DNA of 48,401 nt, counting the filler, from Sphacelaria rigidula (lineage: Eukaryota): assembly GCA_964200075.2 (NCBI GenBank). It is 3 parts of 3 records of this genome, joined end to end, with 100 filler letters (N's around TTAATTAATTAA, not from the genome) between each part and the next. Parts side by side here need not be neighbours in the genome. Positions count along the whole stretch, not along the records: positions 32,341 to 48,401 come from CAXNAA020001497.1; 2 more parts are not named here. One strand, given 5' to 3'. The translations under genes and the position numbers were made by a program. Position 1 is the first letter of the stretch; the number at the start of each line of letters is the position of its first letter. This document shows, in pieces, positions 33,939 to 47,287 of this stretch. The notes under the pieces are model-generated. The model worked only from the letters and a program-made list of their open reading frames with translations, made no database searches and was not told where the DNA came from.

Positions 33939-36900
33939 ACGGTTGTGCGAAGTACACAAGAGAACAACAAAAACAAAGTAGCCACAAGCAACGAAGCTAA
34001 AGCTACAACAAAAACAAGGTAGCTACGAGCAACGAAGGTAAAGTGCCGGAACATTCCAAAGTTCGTGTACAGATGTCCGGTATCACACTGTGTGAGCACG
34101 GTTTGCACTTGTTCAGTAATTTCGTGAAGGAAAGATACAACAGTCGCGTACAATCGAAACTGAAAAATAAGGGCAGCAGCGTGCCGGCTTGGCAGGAGCT
34201 CAGGTCAGGAACAGCGGCTGGCTATGAACAACAGTGCGCCTTTATGCACTGGTGTTCTGTACAAACCTGTAGTAGAAGGCTTATTCTGCTGAAGGAAAGG
34301 GGGCCATAAGACCAAATACACGAGCCAACGATGGCTTGGTGCGGTGGTCGTGCCGGGCTGGTGAATCACGAAAAGATTCACAGTCGTGTAGGCGGAAGTG
34401 ATACCGTTGGGCCTTGTAGCAGGTGATGTCGAATTGACAGCACGGCAAGAATAGCAAGCAGTGCGCGTTGATCCCACGTTGGCCACACAAGATGTGCCGG
34501 CGAGCGCTACAGCAATTGCAAGTAGCAGGGCATGAATACACTTTACCGAGAGACACACGGAGCAGAAGCTTGTAGAGCTACTGACTACCCGGGCGGTATA
34601 TTTGACTAAAACTGTCCTGAAGGGAAAAGGGGCAAATGATCAAAAAACTGGAGTACACAGCTGGCAGCCAAGGATACAAATCGGTATAAAAACGAGACGG
34701 AATAGCCAAAGAAGAAGCTCCTTAGTCAAACGCCAATGTAATGAAGAGCAAGCGGCAGTATAAAATGCAAGGACACAGCTTGCAACCCAAGGCACAAGCT
34801 TCGCAGGCAAGTGTACAACCGTCAGGCTGCTACAACTTGTAGATACTGTGTAACCTGCTCAGTATCCAAATATCAGACGAGGTTTCACGCAAATAGGTCC
34901 TTCACTTCTCTCTTAATTATCTTGATTCTCTTGTAAACTTGGTGTCCCAGACTCCACACTCATTAGTAACGACGCTGATTGTGTACTTCCTCGATTTTAC
35001 AAACTGCTATCGACATAATTCCTAACAATGTGCCAGGGTTATGAGTACCTGTTGTGGCCTTGCGCGGTGCTCCAGCCCCCCCGCCCCTAGTCGACCCAAT
35101 CCCAGACAGGCCGACCCGGTGAGTGTTGTGCCAGCCCCAAACTCTCTCGGGGCTGCTCCTTCCTAGGCTTCGAGCTGAGGCGGCCCTGTTCCCCCAGCTG
35201 TAGAAACCTCACTAGCTTGAGATGCTTCCCATTCTTGGAAGCCGTGGTAGTTTTTTTTCTATGCGAGACATGAGCTCAGTCCCTTGTTTTTCCTTTTTTT
35301 CTTCTTTTTGTCCCTCTATCGGACATGAACGGTAATAAAGCGACATGCATCCAGGTCATTGTTCTCCACTGAACAGGCATGTAACTCTCTCTCAATATAA
35401 AAAATACGATGCCCACTCATCACATCGACAACAATCATGAAATGCCCATCAATATTAACAGCAAACATGACAACATTCTGTGTCGGCAACGCGGTCAACA
35501 GCCTACAGATACCGACAGATCCCAACGAAAAAAAAGTGGGGAAGAATGGCTCATGTCCCGCACAAAATAAACCATTATTCAGGATCGTTTACCCGAAAGC
35601 AACCCTCACCCAGCGTTTGATTTCTTTCGCCATTTTCTTAGCCTCAATGTTTATTTTTTTTACTTCATTTTGTTGTACGTCGAAACACGACCGACTCAGA
35701 CTCGGGGTTTAAATCACCTGCTGGGTAAGCACCAACGTGAGTGAAGTGATGCTCATTTTAATTTTATGAATATTATTTTTTTTCTTTTTTTTTTGGGGGG
35801 GGGGTTATTTAATTTGATTCAATATTGTCATTTGATATTTCAGTCAAATATTTGAATTTATTTTTCATCTTTTTATTCGAGTATCTTCTTCATTACTTTA
35901 TTTCAATTTCACATTTTACAGAATGAATCACCATTCCCGCACCGCGTCAACTCTCGACAAACAAACTCAGTCAACTACGCATCACGAAACTACCCTACAC
36001 ACGACCCTGACCCTACCACGATATACGCAGAGTGGTTCCCGACGAGCCAGGTACAGCCCCAAACGTGGAACGGAGACGTAGCTATGCGAAAAATTGAAAA
36101 GCCTTGGATTGCAACACTTTTTCATCATACGTGTAGGGGTAGCGCGAAATACATAATTATTTTTATTGCCCGTCGGTATTCTTTTTCTACGTTCCTCAGC
36201 CCTTTTTCCTTGTTCTCTGTTTCTAGATCGGCCTTTTCTTTCTGTGATCGGTTTGTTTTGAGTTTTATTTCTCGTCGGTGTATCCTGCGCCGTACTGTGA
36301 AGTTTTTCCCTATCGGTCGTAGACACCGTCGAGAAGATTCAGGTTTCAACCCCACAGAGCATGATGAGTGTACACGCTCATGTCCTGAAAAACCACTCAC
36401 ATAACCTCACACTACTCCCCACAGGTAAGGATGAACATGTACACTCATGCCGCCGCTATTCGACCAGTGGGGGGAGCCTATCAGCACGCACCCCCCCAGG
36501 CTCAGCCGATCCAAATACCGGCCCCGGCTGCCCAACCACTCCCCCCGCCCGCCGATGGTGGCTGGTATATGGCCCCCGTAGGACAACCTGGAGCCCCTTC
36601 TCCTTACTCCCTACCCCAGCAACAACCAGCACAGGGAGTAGTACCCCATCCACAACAAGGAAATGTCGTGCTACCACCACCCCCCCCGCGTCCTCCGTCA
36701 CAAGCTGTTACCCAGCACCCTCAGGGGTACGCGCAACCATCGACCGTACCGGGAACCATGACCATCCAAGAAGGCGGGTCATCAACACAACAACAGGCAC
36801 TTCAGCCGGGCACCACTTCGCCTGACAGGGGGGCCCAGGTATTACGTACAAGCATAAACTATCTCCAGACGCACGTAGTATAGCTATCCGCCGCATACAC

Positions 36901-37525
36901 AGTAAGCTAGGAGATGCTTCAGAACCAGTTTTTGTCGGACTAGGGAGGAGCGAAGTAGAAACATCACACACTACATGCGCTGTTGTTTTTATCCATCATG
37001 CATTACCAGGTAATGAGAGTGTCGCTAGAACTACGACCCTTACGAGTAGAAGCGCAGGAACCATTGGGAGCAAGAATGATGAAAAGAGGAGCCGTAGCAG
37101 AGAGAATTTTCTTCGACTTCGTGAAGTTACTGGGAAACAGGAGCACTGCGTACCTAGACTCAACACCAACCACCAAGCCTACCTCACGTAATACGTCTCG
37201 CGCAGCGTCCATCGCCGAACTCCGCGCCCTGATGGGACAGTCGAAACAAGATCTGGAGAAATCACTCCTTGCCAGGCGCAACGCTACAGCAGCATATAGT
37301 GGAAGTAGCGTGGATATTCAACCAAACCTGACCATGTGCACTCACTCCCAACAGAGTATGTGGCAACCGCCAAGCCTATTGTGTCATCACTGCTCATCTG
37401 CATGCCAGGCAGCAACTCCTACTCTAAGTTGTTACAACACAATAGCAGCCTTTCAACCCGCCTCAATATTGGGTCAGTACGGTGTACCATTCTCGGGGAA
37501 AACTTACCAATTGACCAGCACCCCC

Positions 37526-40500
37526 TGTTCGTGATAGCGGCCGTAGTTTCGACTGATTTGCGTAGAACATCTGACTGGACGATTTGGATAACGGAGCTGT
37601 CGATATGTTGGTTGCTGAGCTTCCACATAGTTGAGACTTGCGACGAACGTTCGCGGTCCTTTCTATAGCCCATGTAGGAGTACTCTTTGTGGATACTGCA
37701 TTAGTCCGAGCATGGTATTTGTAGCATGGTGCGGGGAACAACCCGAGGTTTTGTGGTACGTGAGGAAGTGCGACGGTCCGCGTTCCGTTGCTGGAACCAT
37801 GCAGAACGTTGCTGAGGTTCCGCAACGTTTCCGGAACCTGTCTTTCGTTTTTTGGTGTCTAGAGTTTCTGGGATGTAGATGACACGAGCTCGCCTACCGT
37901 GCTCACTCCACTTTCCCGACCTGTCTCTCCGGGCCAAGGTCTCAATAATACAACATATTTTTCTCCAGAAGTCACGAGCTTACCAAAACGCTATAGGGCA
38001 TCACGACTGCTGCTTAGTCCCCCTGGACTGTGCACGAGACTGTCGAGGGAGGCTTGATCAACCTGTCTCATCATGGCTGAGCCGGGGAACGAGGATCTTG
38101 CGGTTGACCCAGCTGAGGGTGGATCGCAGGAGGTTGGTGAGAGAATGGGTTCCATAGAGACACAGTTGTCTCAGCTTACGACCCTAGTCTCGTCGCCAGG
38201 TGAGCAACAGGGAGAGAAAGTGGAGTCCTCCGGTTCTGTAGGTGCTGCGCCAGGAAGCGCCGGACCAAAGACTAGTACACATCCTTCTGACGATGCTACT
38301 GGTGGGAACGCGGGAGGTACGGGCAGCGATGCCCAAGGTGTAGGCGTGTCCAGCATGCGGGTTGGGAGTAGTACGTAATCTTGCAGACTCAGGTTTGAAC
38401 CCTCATGTATCTGCTGCAAATCGTTCCTCTATTTCTGCGGTAAACTTTGGTTCGATCGGAACTGTAGGTGGGGCTTCGGGTCAGTCCTCTGTTCCGCCCG
38501 CTCCTACTCTGTCCAGTAAGTGGTGGGAAGACGTCGCTAGTTGAAACACACTGATTCCTGGGGCTGACATTTCTGACACAGGAGAGGAGTTGGGTAAGGG
38601 TCCTTTTAAAGTTCCCAAAGCTCTTGCTTTTGACGGTAACGACGTGTCGTATCCCTCATGGTCGCAAAACTTTCTGTTGAGTGCCCGACACAAAAATCTG
38701 TATGAAGCATTTGTTTCTGAGACTGAGATTACGATTGCAGACATTGGTTTCGACTTACCAACCTGGTACCATCGTTGAAATTTCATACAGCAGTAATCTA
38801 GCTGTTCGTTTCGTTCTGGGTTTTTGGCTGTAGTAAATTAGCGGTACAATAGGTTCCGATTCCTAAAGGGCCCCAGCAATGACCCTGGGTGCAGTGCCGT
38901 TTCATGTGGATCGTTAATGGTAGATATCTTCCAAGCTGAGCCGCGTAAGCTCGTGGGATACGGCAGTGTGCTGCCATTGTTTGTAAGTAGCGTACCGTAA
39001 TCACGTAGGTGGAGGAGAAGTCGCTACGCATGCGTCCGAACGAGAATCCCGCAACCTTCTTTGCATCCATGAGAGAGACGCTTGGTGTTCTACAAATGCT
39101 TGAAGTCAAGAAAAATGGCAGAGAGGTGTGCAACCTGATGCTTAAGGGACTGTCGCTCGAGTACAAGACTTTGCGTGAAACTCTTGTGATGTTCTGTCTG
39201 AATGACCCATCGTTTATAGAGACTAAGGTGCGTGAGCGGTATCTACACTCGCAGACACAAGGTGGTCTGAGGAAGCAACTCATGGAATGGTTTTGGTGGT
39301 CCTGATGGTGTAATGACTGCTTACGACGGACATGTTACTTTTCAGAACTTCGATGGCATGTTAACTGCGACTACGTATCGTCTGGGAGATGACTCTGTTG
39401 GTTCGGTGTTGACTGTCCTCACTCCTTCAAACCCCAAGGATGAAAAGAATATGGATGTGAACGAGTTCCATAACACTTATGCTCATTCACATGAGGGATT
39501 GCTTCGTATTACTGCAAAGCGGGTAGGTACCGAGTTGACCGGTGACATGCATGCTTGTACGGGATGTTCGATGTCGAAGACTATTAGGAAAGGAATTGCT
39601 CATGAAACTAAACGTAGATCGGATAAAAAGTTGGGCAGAGCTTTTGTTGACCTGGGAGGGAGGAAGGACGTTGCGTCCGTAGGGGGTAAACATTACCACA
39701 TGATTGTGAAGGGTGATTACAAGGCGTGCATGGATGTATTCCCTAAGAAGTCAGACGCTGGGAGTGCTTTCCGAAGTTTTTTTGCTAGTGTGCATGCTGA
39801 TGGAATCCCATCATTGGTTAAGATTATTCGATCTGGCAATAGAGGGAAGCTTTTCGGGGGGAAGTTTGCATCCGTGTGCAATGAATGAGCTTTTTGATGG
39901 AACAGGAGTTCACTCCGGCTTACAGTCCCCAATATAACGGTCTTGCAGAGCGTGGGTTGGGATTGATTGAGGAGGCCGCTATCGCGGCTCGTATTCAGGC
40001 GTAAGTTATGTTTGGGGATGTGCAGTCACCTAAGATTGACAGACTCTGGGCTGAGGCAATGCGTTGGGCTTGCGAAGCACTTAATCACACAGCGTACTCT
40101 GCTAACCCTGACTCTAAGTCGCCGTATGAGATGTGGTATGGAGAACCTCGTCCTGCTAGACAGTATCCATTTTTGAAGCCGGCGTACTGCAGGTGGCAGC
40201 GACCGTCTGAGCTGCTATCGAAGGGTGAGAGTTACTTTTGTGTTGGTTCTTCGAGAGACCACCCGCGTAATTATCATACGAGGGCTGGGACTATTCAGGA
40301 AACGAGGGATGTGACGTGGGAGGCGTTGCCGTCACAGCTCCCTCCACCGCAACCTCCTCCGCCGATTGAGATCGCGGAAGAGGGAGGGGAGGGAAGTGAC
40401 GACGATGTAGAAGCTGAAGTGTGGCCGCTTGCAGGGAGGGGAATTCAACACATTCGCATTCGTGTGAATCGTGATGCAGTGTTACCCTATGGTACAAGAC

Positions 40501-42685
40501 TCGATGAGAATCGTGAACCCTATGTTGCAGGAATCGATGAGGTTGGCAGTGTTGATGCAGGCAGAGTAGGCCAGTCCCCTTCTGTTCCATCTTCCCCCTC
40601 TGTATCGTATTTGCCCGTGAGCAACTCCTCTAGTAGAGCGGCTCCCTCTGTGTCTTATCCAGCACTTGAGATAGATGGGGAGGGGCAAGGAGGGTAGGAG
40701 ACAGGGGAAGTAGAGACGGCGGATCCGGGAGGGGATGATGAGGTAGAGTCGATTGGGCCGGGAGAGCAGGAAGTAGAGGCGGAGGCACCTCCTCCAGCCG
40801 CTCGTCGCCCGCGGCATGTCGCTGAGCTTGCTGATCTTGATACTACTGCGCGTAGGAGTGATGAAGTAAGAGAAGGTAGAACTCGTGGGTAAAATCGTGC
40901 AGTTTATCAGCAGAGCGTGTCTGGCTTTGTGGCCACCCTAGGACCCATCTCCGCATCAGAGATAATGTATGCACTTTTAGCCGAACAGAGAGCAGGTGAC
41001 GCCGTGGAATTGCCGAAAGAACTCGTTCAGGATGTTGAAACAAATGGTAGCTATCAAAAAGCCTGGCAATCGAAGCACGCAAAGATTTGGGATGGAGCCA
41101 TGTTTGCAGAAGTTGAATGCTTGATAAGAGCAGAAACGTTAATGTTAGCAATAGAGAGCCCAGTAGGCTGTAATGCGATTGATGCTAGACGGGTTTTCAA
41201 ATAGAAAGCAGACGAAACAGGGAAGATAGTGAAGGCCAAGGCCAGGCCTGTAGCAAAGGGCTTCAAGCAGAAGTATGTTGTGTACTATCTTGAGACTTAT
41301 ATGTGCCCGTGATGAGAGGAGTCCACACATTATCGTTCATTATAGACTTCTGTCACTCAAGATCAGATTGACATGTGGACTCCTCCCATCACGGGCACAT
41401 GGACTTCAGCAGCTTTAGTTATTCATATATTAAGCCTCAGCATAGTACAGGAGAACAGGGCCATATAGCCTCCCTCCAACAGAGTAACAAAACCGGCTCT
41501 ACTCGTCACGGAGATCACCCATCACAGAGTCCGGTAATAAGACCCGCAATCCACCGACACAATGTCCCTAACCTTAGGTAATAGTGGTGGTTAGAGTCTA
41601 CGGACTTTCTCGCCTACTACAAATGCTGCATCGATGCGATTGTTGGTAGCGTTGGTGTCCAAGTACAACTTGGAATTACTCCACTGAGATATTGAGCAAG
41701 CGTTTGTTCAGTCGGAATTGGATCACGAGGTGTTCATGACGTTGCCTCCTGGCTGCGGTTCGATGTCAGGAAAGGTTGTCCGTTTGAACAAGAGTTTGTA
41801 CGGATTGAAGCAGGCATCTAGAACATTATACAAGAGGCTAGTGCCGAACCTGAAAAGGATTGGTTTCGAGCAGTCTCCGTCTGACCCCTGTGTCCTGCGT
41901 TTCATGATGGGAGACGAGGTGGTGGGTATGGTCGTGATTCACGTGGATGACATTCTGTATACAGGAACGAAGAGTCTTGCCAAGGTGGTAGCGAAAGCGT
42001 TAGGTGACTCTCTTCCTACGAAGAATTTGGATGCGGTCAAGTTCTTTCTTGGTTGCGCATTTATTCGCGACCGCGAGGCTGGCACAATTTAGATTTCTCA
42101 AGAGAGTTACATCAGGAGTGGTCTAGAGACATTCAATAGATGTCGCACCAGCTCGATCCCTGCTTCCCTTGCCAACAATAATAGGTCCTTGATGAAGGAT
42201 GAGGGGGCAGGAGATGTGCCGTTCCGAGAGGTGATGGGGAGCCTGATGTGGATCGCCAATCAGACAAGGCCCGACATCTCGAATGCTGTGCGGGCGGTGG
42301 CGAGGCACTCTCGCGAGCCAAAGAAGAGCCACTGGAAGGCAGCCCAGAACATCCTGAATTATCTTCTGGAAACGACGCATCTGACTCTGAAGTTCAAGCA
42401 AGACAATACGGTAGACGTAGGCACGTTGGTGTACGTAGATGCCGACTTTGCAAGCAAGGCCACTGACCGTAGATCAGTTTCGGGAGCTATGGGTTTTGTG
42501 GCTGCCATGCTTGTAGTTTGGATTTCTAGGACGCAGAAATGGGTTTCACAGTCGACTTCTGAAACAGAATGTCTTGCGATGGGTGATGGTGTGAAGGGGG
42601 CTCTATTTGTGAACGGAATACTTCAGTTCTTGAGGCCTAGCGTGAAGCCTTGTAGGATTGAGGTACTTGAGGACAACGAAGATGC
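37526..42685 (+). mobile_element. Ty1/Copia LTR retrotransposon, decayed, 3' LTR missing
   Basis: gag (FDGNDVSYPSWS; LKGLSLEYKTL), HxxxAHSHE..CTGC, integrase (FVDLGG; SPQYNGLAER; LWAEAMRWA), RT (KARPVAKGFKQ; LNKSLYGLKQAS; HVDD) and RNase H (DADFA..DRRSVSG; EDN), in Copia order with IN before RT. The 5' boundary (TGTT at 37526) is tentative. Confidence 0.9.
41299..41602. mobile_element. 304-bp insertion (solo-LTR-like) inside the Copia RT
   Basis: Flanked by GACTT at 41294-41298 and 41603-41607. Removing it restores YLET-FSPTTNAAS in frame. Confidence 0.8.
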
Positions 42686-42689
42686 GAAA

Positions 42690-45600
42690 GGAAGACGTTG
42701 CTTCGGCCGCCAAACGAATTGCCGCAAACAAAGATCGCAAAGCCCAAGTTTGGATACAGGCATGCGACTTCCTGTCTCCGTCCTGTTGGACACGGGAGCT
42801 GGTGGGGGAAACTGCGTGTCCGGTCGGTACTTTCTGGCAGTCTATTTGTAAGTAGGGTGAAGTACCTGGTCGCAAACTAGATAAGAGAGGTGCAGGCACG
42901 TTGAGGGCAGCAAACCCAGAGGAGAACAACGTACCACCAATGGAAAGCCTAGGCTCCACAATACCAGTCATCTTTCCCCCAGAAGATAAAGTACGCAATG
43001 TCGCCGTACGTGTAGTCAAGAGCTTTCCATACGCAATAGTACTGGGCGCAGCTTTTTTCGCAAATACTCGAGAGTCCTGTCATCTGACAAACGGGAAGGC
43101 TTCCGCCCCACGCCCGACGCACCATGGATACTACTCGACACCCGTAGCTAGATACTCTCTCTCACCAAATAATAAGCTATCAAGTGCGACCCCGTTGGCA
43201 GCCAAAGACATTCGGGTGTCGAATGGTTCGGAGGATATGTCTGACGTAGCCAAGGAGGCCACAGCAGATAATACGTCATCAGAGACGACCCTTTTGTCAG
43301 CAAAAGGCATACAAATGCTGGATGATTAGAAGGTTATATCTGACGTAGCCGAGGAGTTATGGGACACGTTCTGTGTTGTCACACCCAGAGAAGAAGTTGA
43401 AGAACCAGAGCTGAACGCCCCATCTCCGCTACACGCCTTCAACCCCTCCATCGCAACGATCACAGATAGGATAGTCAGTGACATATTCAGGGGTAAAGCA
43501 CTTTGGGAAGACGACGGTAGGCTGCAGTGGGATCCTCCCTACCCTCGCCGCTACAACCACCAGGCTTTCTCAGCACAGCAGTAGAGGGACGCACCAAGGG
43601 CGACCCACTCTCAAGTACGACACCTGATACTGGTTTTACCTACAGTACCGAGGATTACGATCGAGAGATGGGCGCGGTGCTAGACGGAGCGAGAGGTATG
43701 CAGTGGTGGGAGCCAATTACACCCGTAGTATGCAAGGTAGTGAACAGAAGCCCCAACCAGACCTTCATTGGGGCTAATCAGCATATAGCATAGATAGTGG
43801 CGGTCAATATCGATGATGAGGAGGAACGCTTCCACGCGTTATTTTTCCCACCTAACCCCGAAAACAGCGAGGAAGACACATCACACTATACACAAGCTTG
43901 GACGTCATATGAAGACGCCAAGGAAGGAAAAGAGATGGACGAGGACACGTCAATCATGTCCAATCTCAATAACGCCAACCTTGGACAGCTTATCATTCCT
44001 GAAAAACAAAAGCTTTCAACACTGCTAGACGAGTTTCAGCTTCGAGGAATTTTTCCAGCAGACCCCAAAAACGTCCGCCCCTGTGACCAAGGTGAGATTC
44101 GCATACCGTTGAGAGATGAACGATGTAAACCTGTGGCAACAAAGCAGCGACGTTTTTCCCCAGCCGAAACCGAAGCAATCCAAGCAGAAGTAGAGAAACT
44201 TCACCAACGTGGTATTATTCGATGCTCAGACTCGGAATGGGCAGCGAGATCCCCGCGGTACCAAAAATTTATGTCACGAATCGCTTATGTCATGACTACA
44301 GGAAAATGAATAATCTCACGGAAACAGACAGCGTCTGGGGGACATCGAAAGCATGCACGACAAGCTAAGTGGAAAGAAATATTTTTCCACATCAGACCTC
44401 GCCTCAGGGTACTTACTTCCAACTCGAAATCGAGGAGAATGACAAACACAAGACAGCCTTCAGAGACGCCCTCGGCCAACTTTGGGAATACAACAGGTTT
44501 AGTTTTGGAATAGAGAGTCTCCCATCCGGCTTCACCAGAGGTATCTCGAAAACCTCAGGTTATCTCATAGGTAAAGAAGTTTAGGTATGGTTAGGCGACG
44601 TTCTCATCTTCAGCACAACACTCTCTGAACACTTTTACCTGACACGGAAAGTTCTCTCGGCTCTGTTGGAAGCAAAATACTCTGTCTACGTTGCGACGTC
44701 GTCATGGTGCATGCCCAACCAAGAATTATTGGGGATGGTGATTAACCGCGAGGGGAGACGTCCAACCCCATCCAAAATAGAGGCAGTCAGTAAACTCTCA
44801 CTCCCGAACACGGTAGAAGAGCTACGCGCCTTCCTCGGTATGACCGGTTACATGCGATGATTTTTTTATCATTATAGCATCATCGCAGCCCCCCTGACCG
44901 ACATCCTTCGTAATCCTCGCTTTCAATCAAAACGCGCGAGAAACCTAAATAATCCCGTGGGACGACGGCAAGCAACAAGCCTTCGACAAGCTGAAGAAGG
45001 CACTTATCTCCCCACCAGCTCTAGCATATCCCTAATGGGATCACCCCTTTACCCTACACACTGACGCGAGAATTTGGTGGCTGGCGCAACGTCATGCCAG
45101 ACGATTAAAGGCGTCGAGAAAGTAGTAGCATACGCTAGTCACCGGTTCTCGCGTACAGGTTCACTGAGCGCAGCAAGGCATCGAGAATGCATGGCCGTTC
45201 TGTGGGCGACGGGGCACTTCAGACCATACATTACAGGGAGGAGATTTGACCTCGTCACAAATTGCAGCGGGCTCCTCTGGTTATTTAGAAGCAGAGGTGT
45301 CGAACCCAAATTACATCGTTGGGCACTACGATTGATGGAGTACAATATGACACTACGTTGGAGAGCAGGCACATGCCACCAACTTCCCAAAGCTCTATCC
45401 CGCCTATTTGGCAACACCGCAGAAGATACAGATGTTGACGCTTTTCCGGATGACCCAGCTCTAAAATCCGACCGGTGCACGAAGGGCCCGCAAGGACCGA
45501 TGTTGGATGGGATTTTCTTGAGCCAACTGGGGAAAGAGAGCGGGATACTGGTAGAATCTCCGTCCTTCACAGCGTTGTGGTCGACGATAGCCCCGACAGA

Positions 45601-46514
45601 CAGCATGGACTGCCCAACAAATTACGTCACACGGCAAGAGCCAACCCAGATATCTGACATACAAAAACACATGAAGCAGAAGTAAGTGAGACGTTGACGT
45701 AGCTGTTGGAAATGCCATTCGCCCGAGAAGAGGTGGTAGCACTGCACGACAACGTCCAGAATGAACCACGCAAATCTAGCAGAGCCTGCACCCGTTCTGC
45801 CAGACTCCAGGATTTCATCACCGACGAATCCATTTCCGTACCGCAGAACATCGTCCCAACCCACAAGACTCCCAGCAGACACTGTCGGACAGCCAGGAAT
45901 TAAGTCATGTTATCTTCAAGGAACACGGAAACAACCACTCCGGAAGTGGCTCGCCCAATAGTCACAACTCCGTCATCAACAGAGCGATCGATGCTCTATC
46001 TGATTTACCCAGCCTAATCGAAAACTAGAAAAACGACCCTCACCTGAGCCAGGTTCGAGCTTCTTTATTCAGCGAAACGGAAAAAGCATCGGAAACATCA
46101 GACAGCTACATCGTAGACGACCAGGGCCTGTTGTGGTATACCGGAAATAAGAATAGACCGACGTTAGCCATACCAAGACAGCTACTAGTTCTCGACCTAT
46201 TAGCACTCGTACACGCACACTACGGACACACTGGAGTAGCGCACACCACGATCCTGCTACGAAACCACTTCCACTGGAACAGCATGAACAAAGACTGCCG
46301 TGACTACGTTCTATCATGCGGATGCAGACGCAGGAAAGGGTACGAACGCAACAAGTAACAATGCTACCGAGCCCATTTCTGCAGCCCTGGAAAGTACTAG
46401 AGATCGACTTTCAGGATATGTATCGCACATCCACATCAGGCAACCAATACATAACACTGATTGTCGACCGGGCTTCGAAGTTCCTCTTCGCCTATCCCAC
46501 ACCTACGAAAGAGT
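42690..46514 (+). pseudogene. Gypsy pol pseudogene (protease, RT, RNase H, integrase N-terminal half)
   Basis: LLDTGAG; IIRCSDSEWAA; DKHKTAF; ELRAFLGMTGY; LHTDA; VVAYAS...RECMAVLWA; RWALRLMEY; HAHYGHTG...DYVLSCGC; IDFQD...IVDRASKF. Many stops and frameshifts; breaks after AYPTPTKES. Confidence 0.92.
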
Positions 46515-47287
46515 CAGCACCGAACAGTGTTTTCGTGAGATTGAGAACCTTCGATACGATTGATAGTAGGCTTGAGAGGAGGCTTTTCATGGCTTTGAGC
46601 GGTCGGTTAGGCCTGCATCATTAATGGACGAAACGCTTACCTCGCAAATTGATGCAAAATCCTGCCGTTTAAACTGTTGACGTTTCTCTGCTATTCATGC
46701 GAAAACACTTGCTTGCGACGTTGGAGAATCCTGGTGCGGTAACTGGTGATACGTCACTACTCTCCGTAGGAAGATGCCCGGGTAGGACATTCGTTGAAAA
46801 AGGATAGTGTTCATTCATCCGTTTTTGGCTGCAAACTCTGCTAACAAGTGCAGAGAGAAGCAACGACAAAGAGGAAGCTCCGAGTATCAAGTCAACACTG
46901 TATATCACGAGGGACAAACCCTCAGCCCGCGATACATATGCCACTGATGTCTTACAAACAAACCGCCTTGTCGTGAGCGAATTCCAGGTTTGTTCGCTTT
47001 TGCGATGGAAAAGAGTTATTGTGTTGCGAGGATTGCACTTATTGCGCCTGCGGCCGAACCGCCTGGATTCCCGAAAACGCTGCACAATTTGATATACGCA
47101 GAAGCTGTAACCAAACGCGAACAAGACCATATCGACAGCTATATAGCTGCACAATATTTCCGATAGCAAGACGAGTATCATGCGCGCGAATTGAAGCCAG
47201 TACACAGCCGGACAAAATCGGTGGTGCGACGGGAATGGCTACACATGACAAGCCCCGAACGCCGGGTGTCGGTCAACTCTCTGCCCA

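Larger units (their letters stand above)
35930..46514 (+). mobile_element. Ty3/Gypsy LTR retrotransposon, decayed, 3'-truncated, interrupted by a Copia
   Basis: Candidate PBS TGGTTCCCGA at 36033; Pro/Gln-rich gag-like ORFs from 36431 to about 37310; then PR-RT-RNaseH-IN in Gypsy order from 42690. The 5' boundary is approximate and linking gag to pol is inference. Confidence 0.75.
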
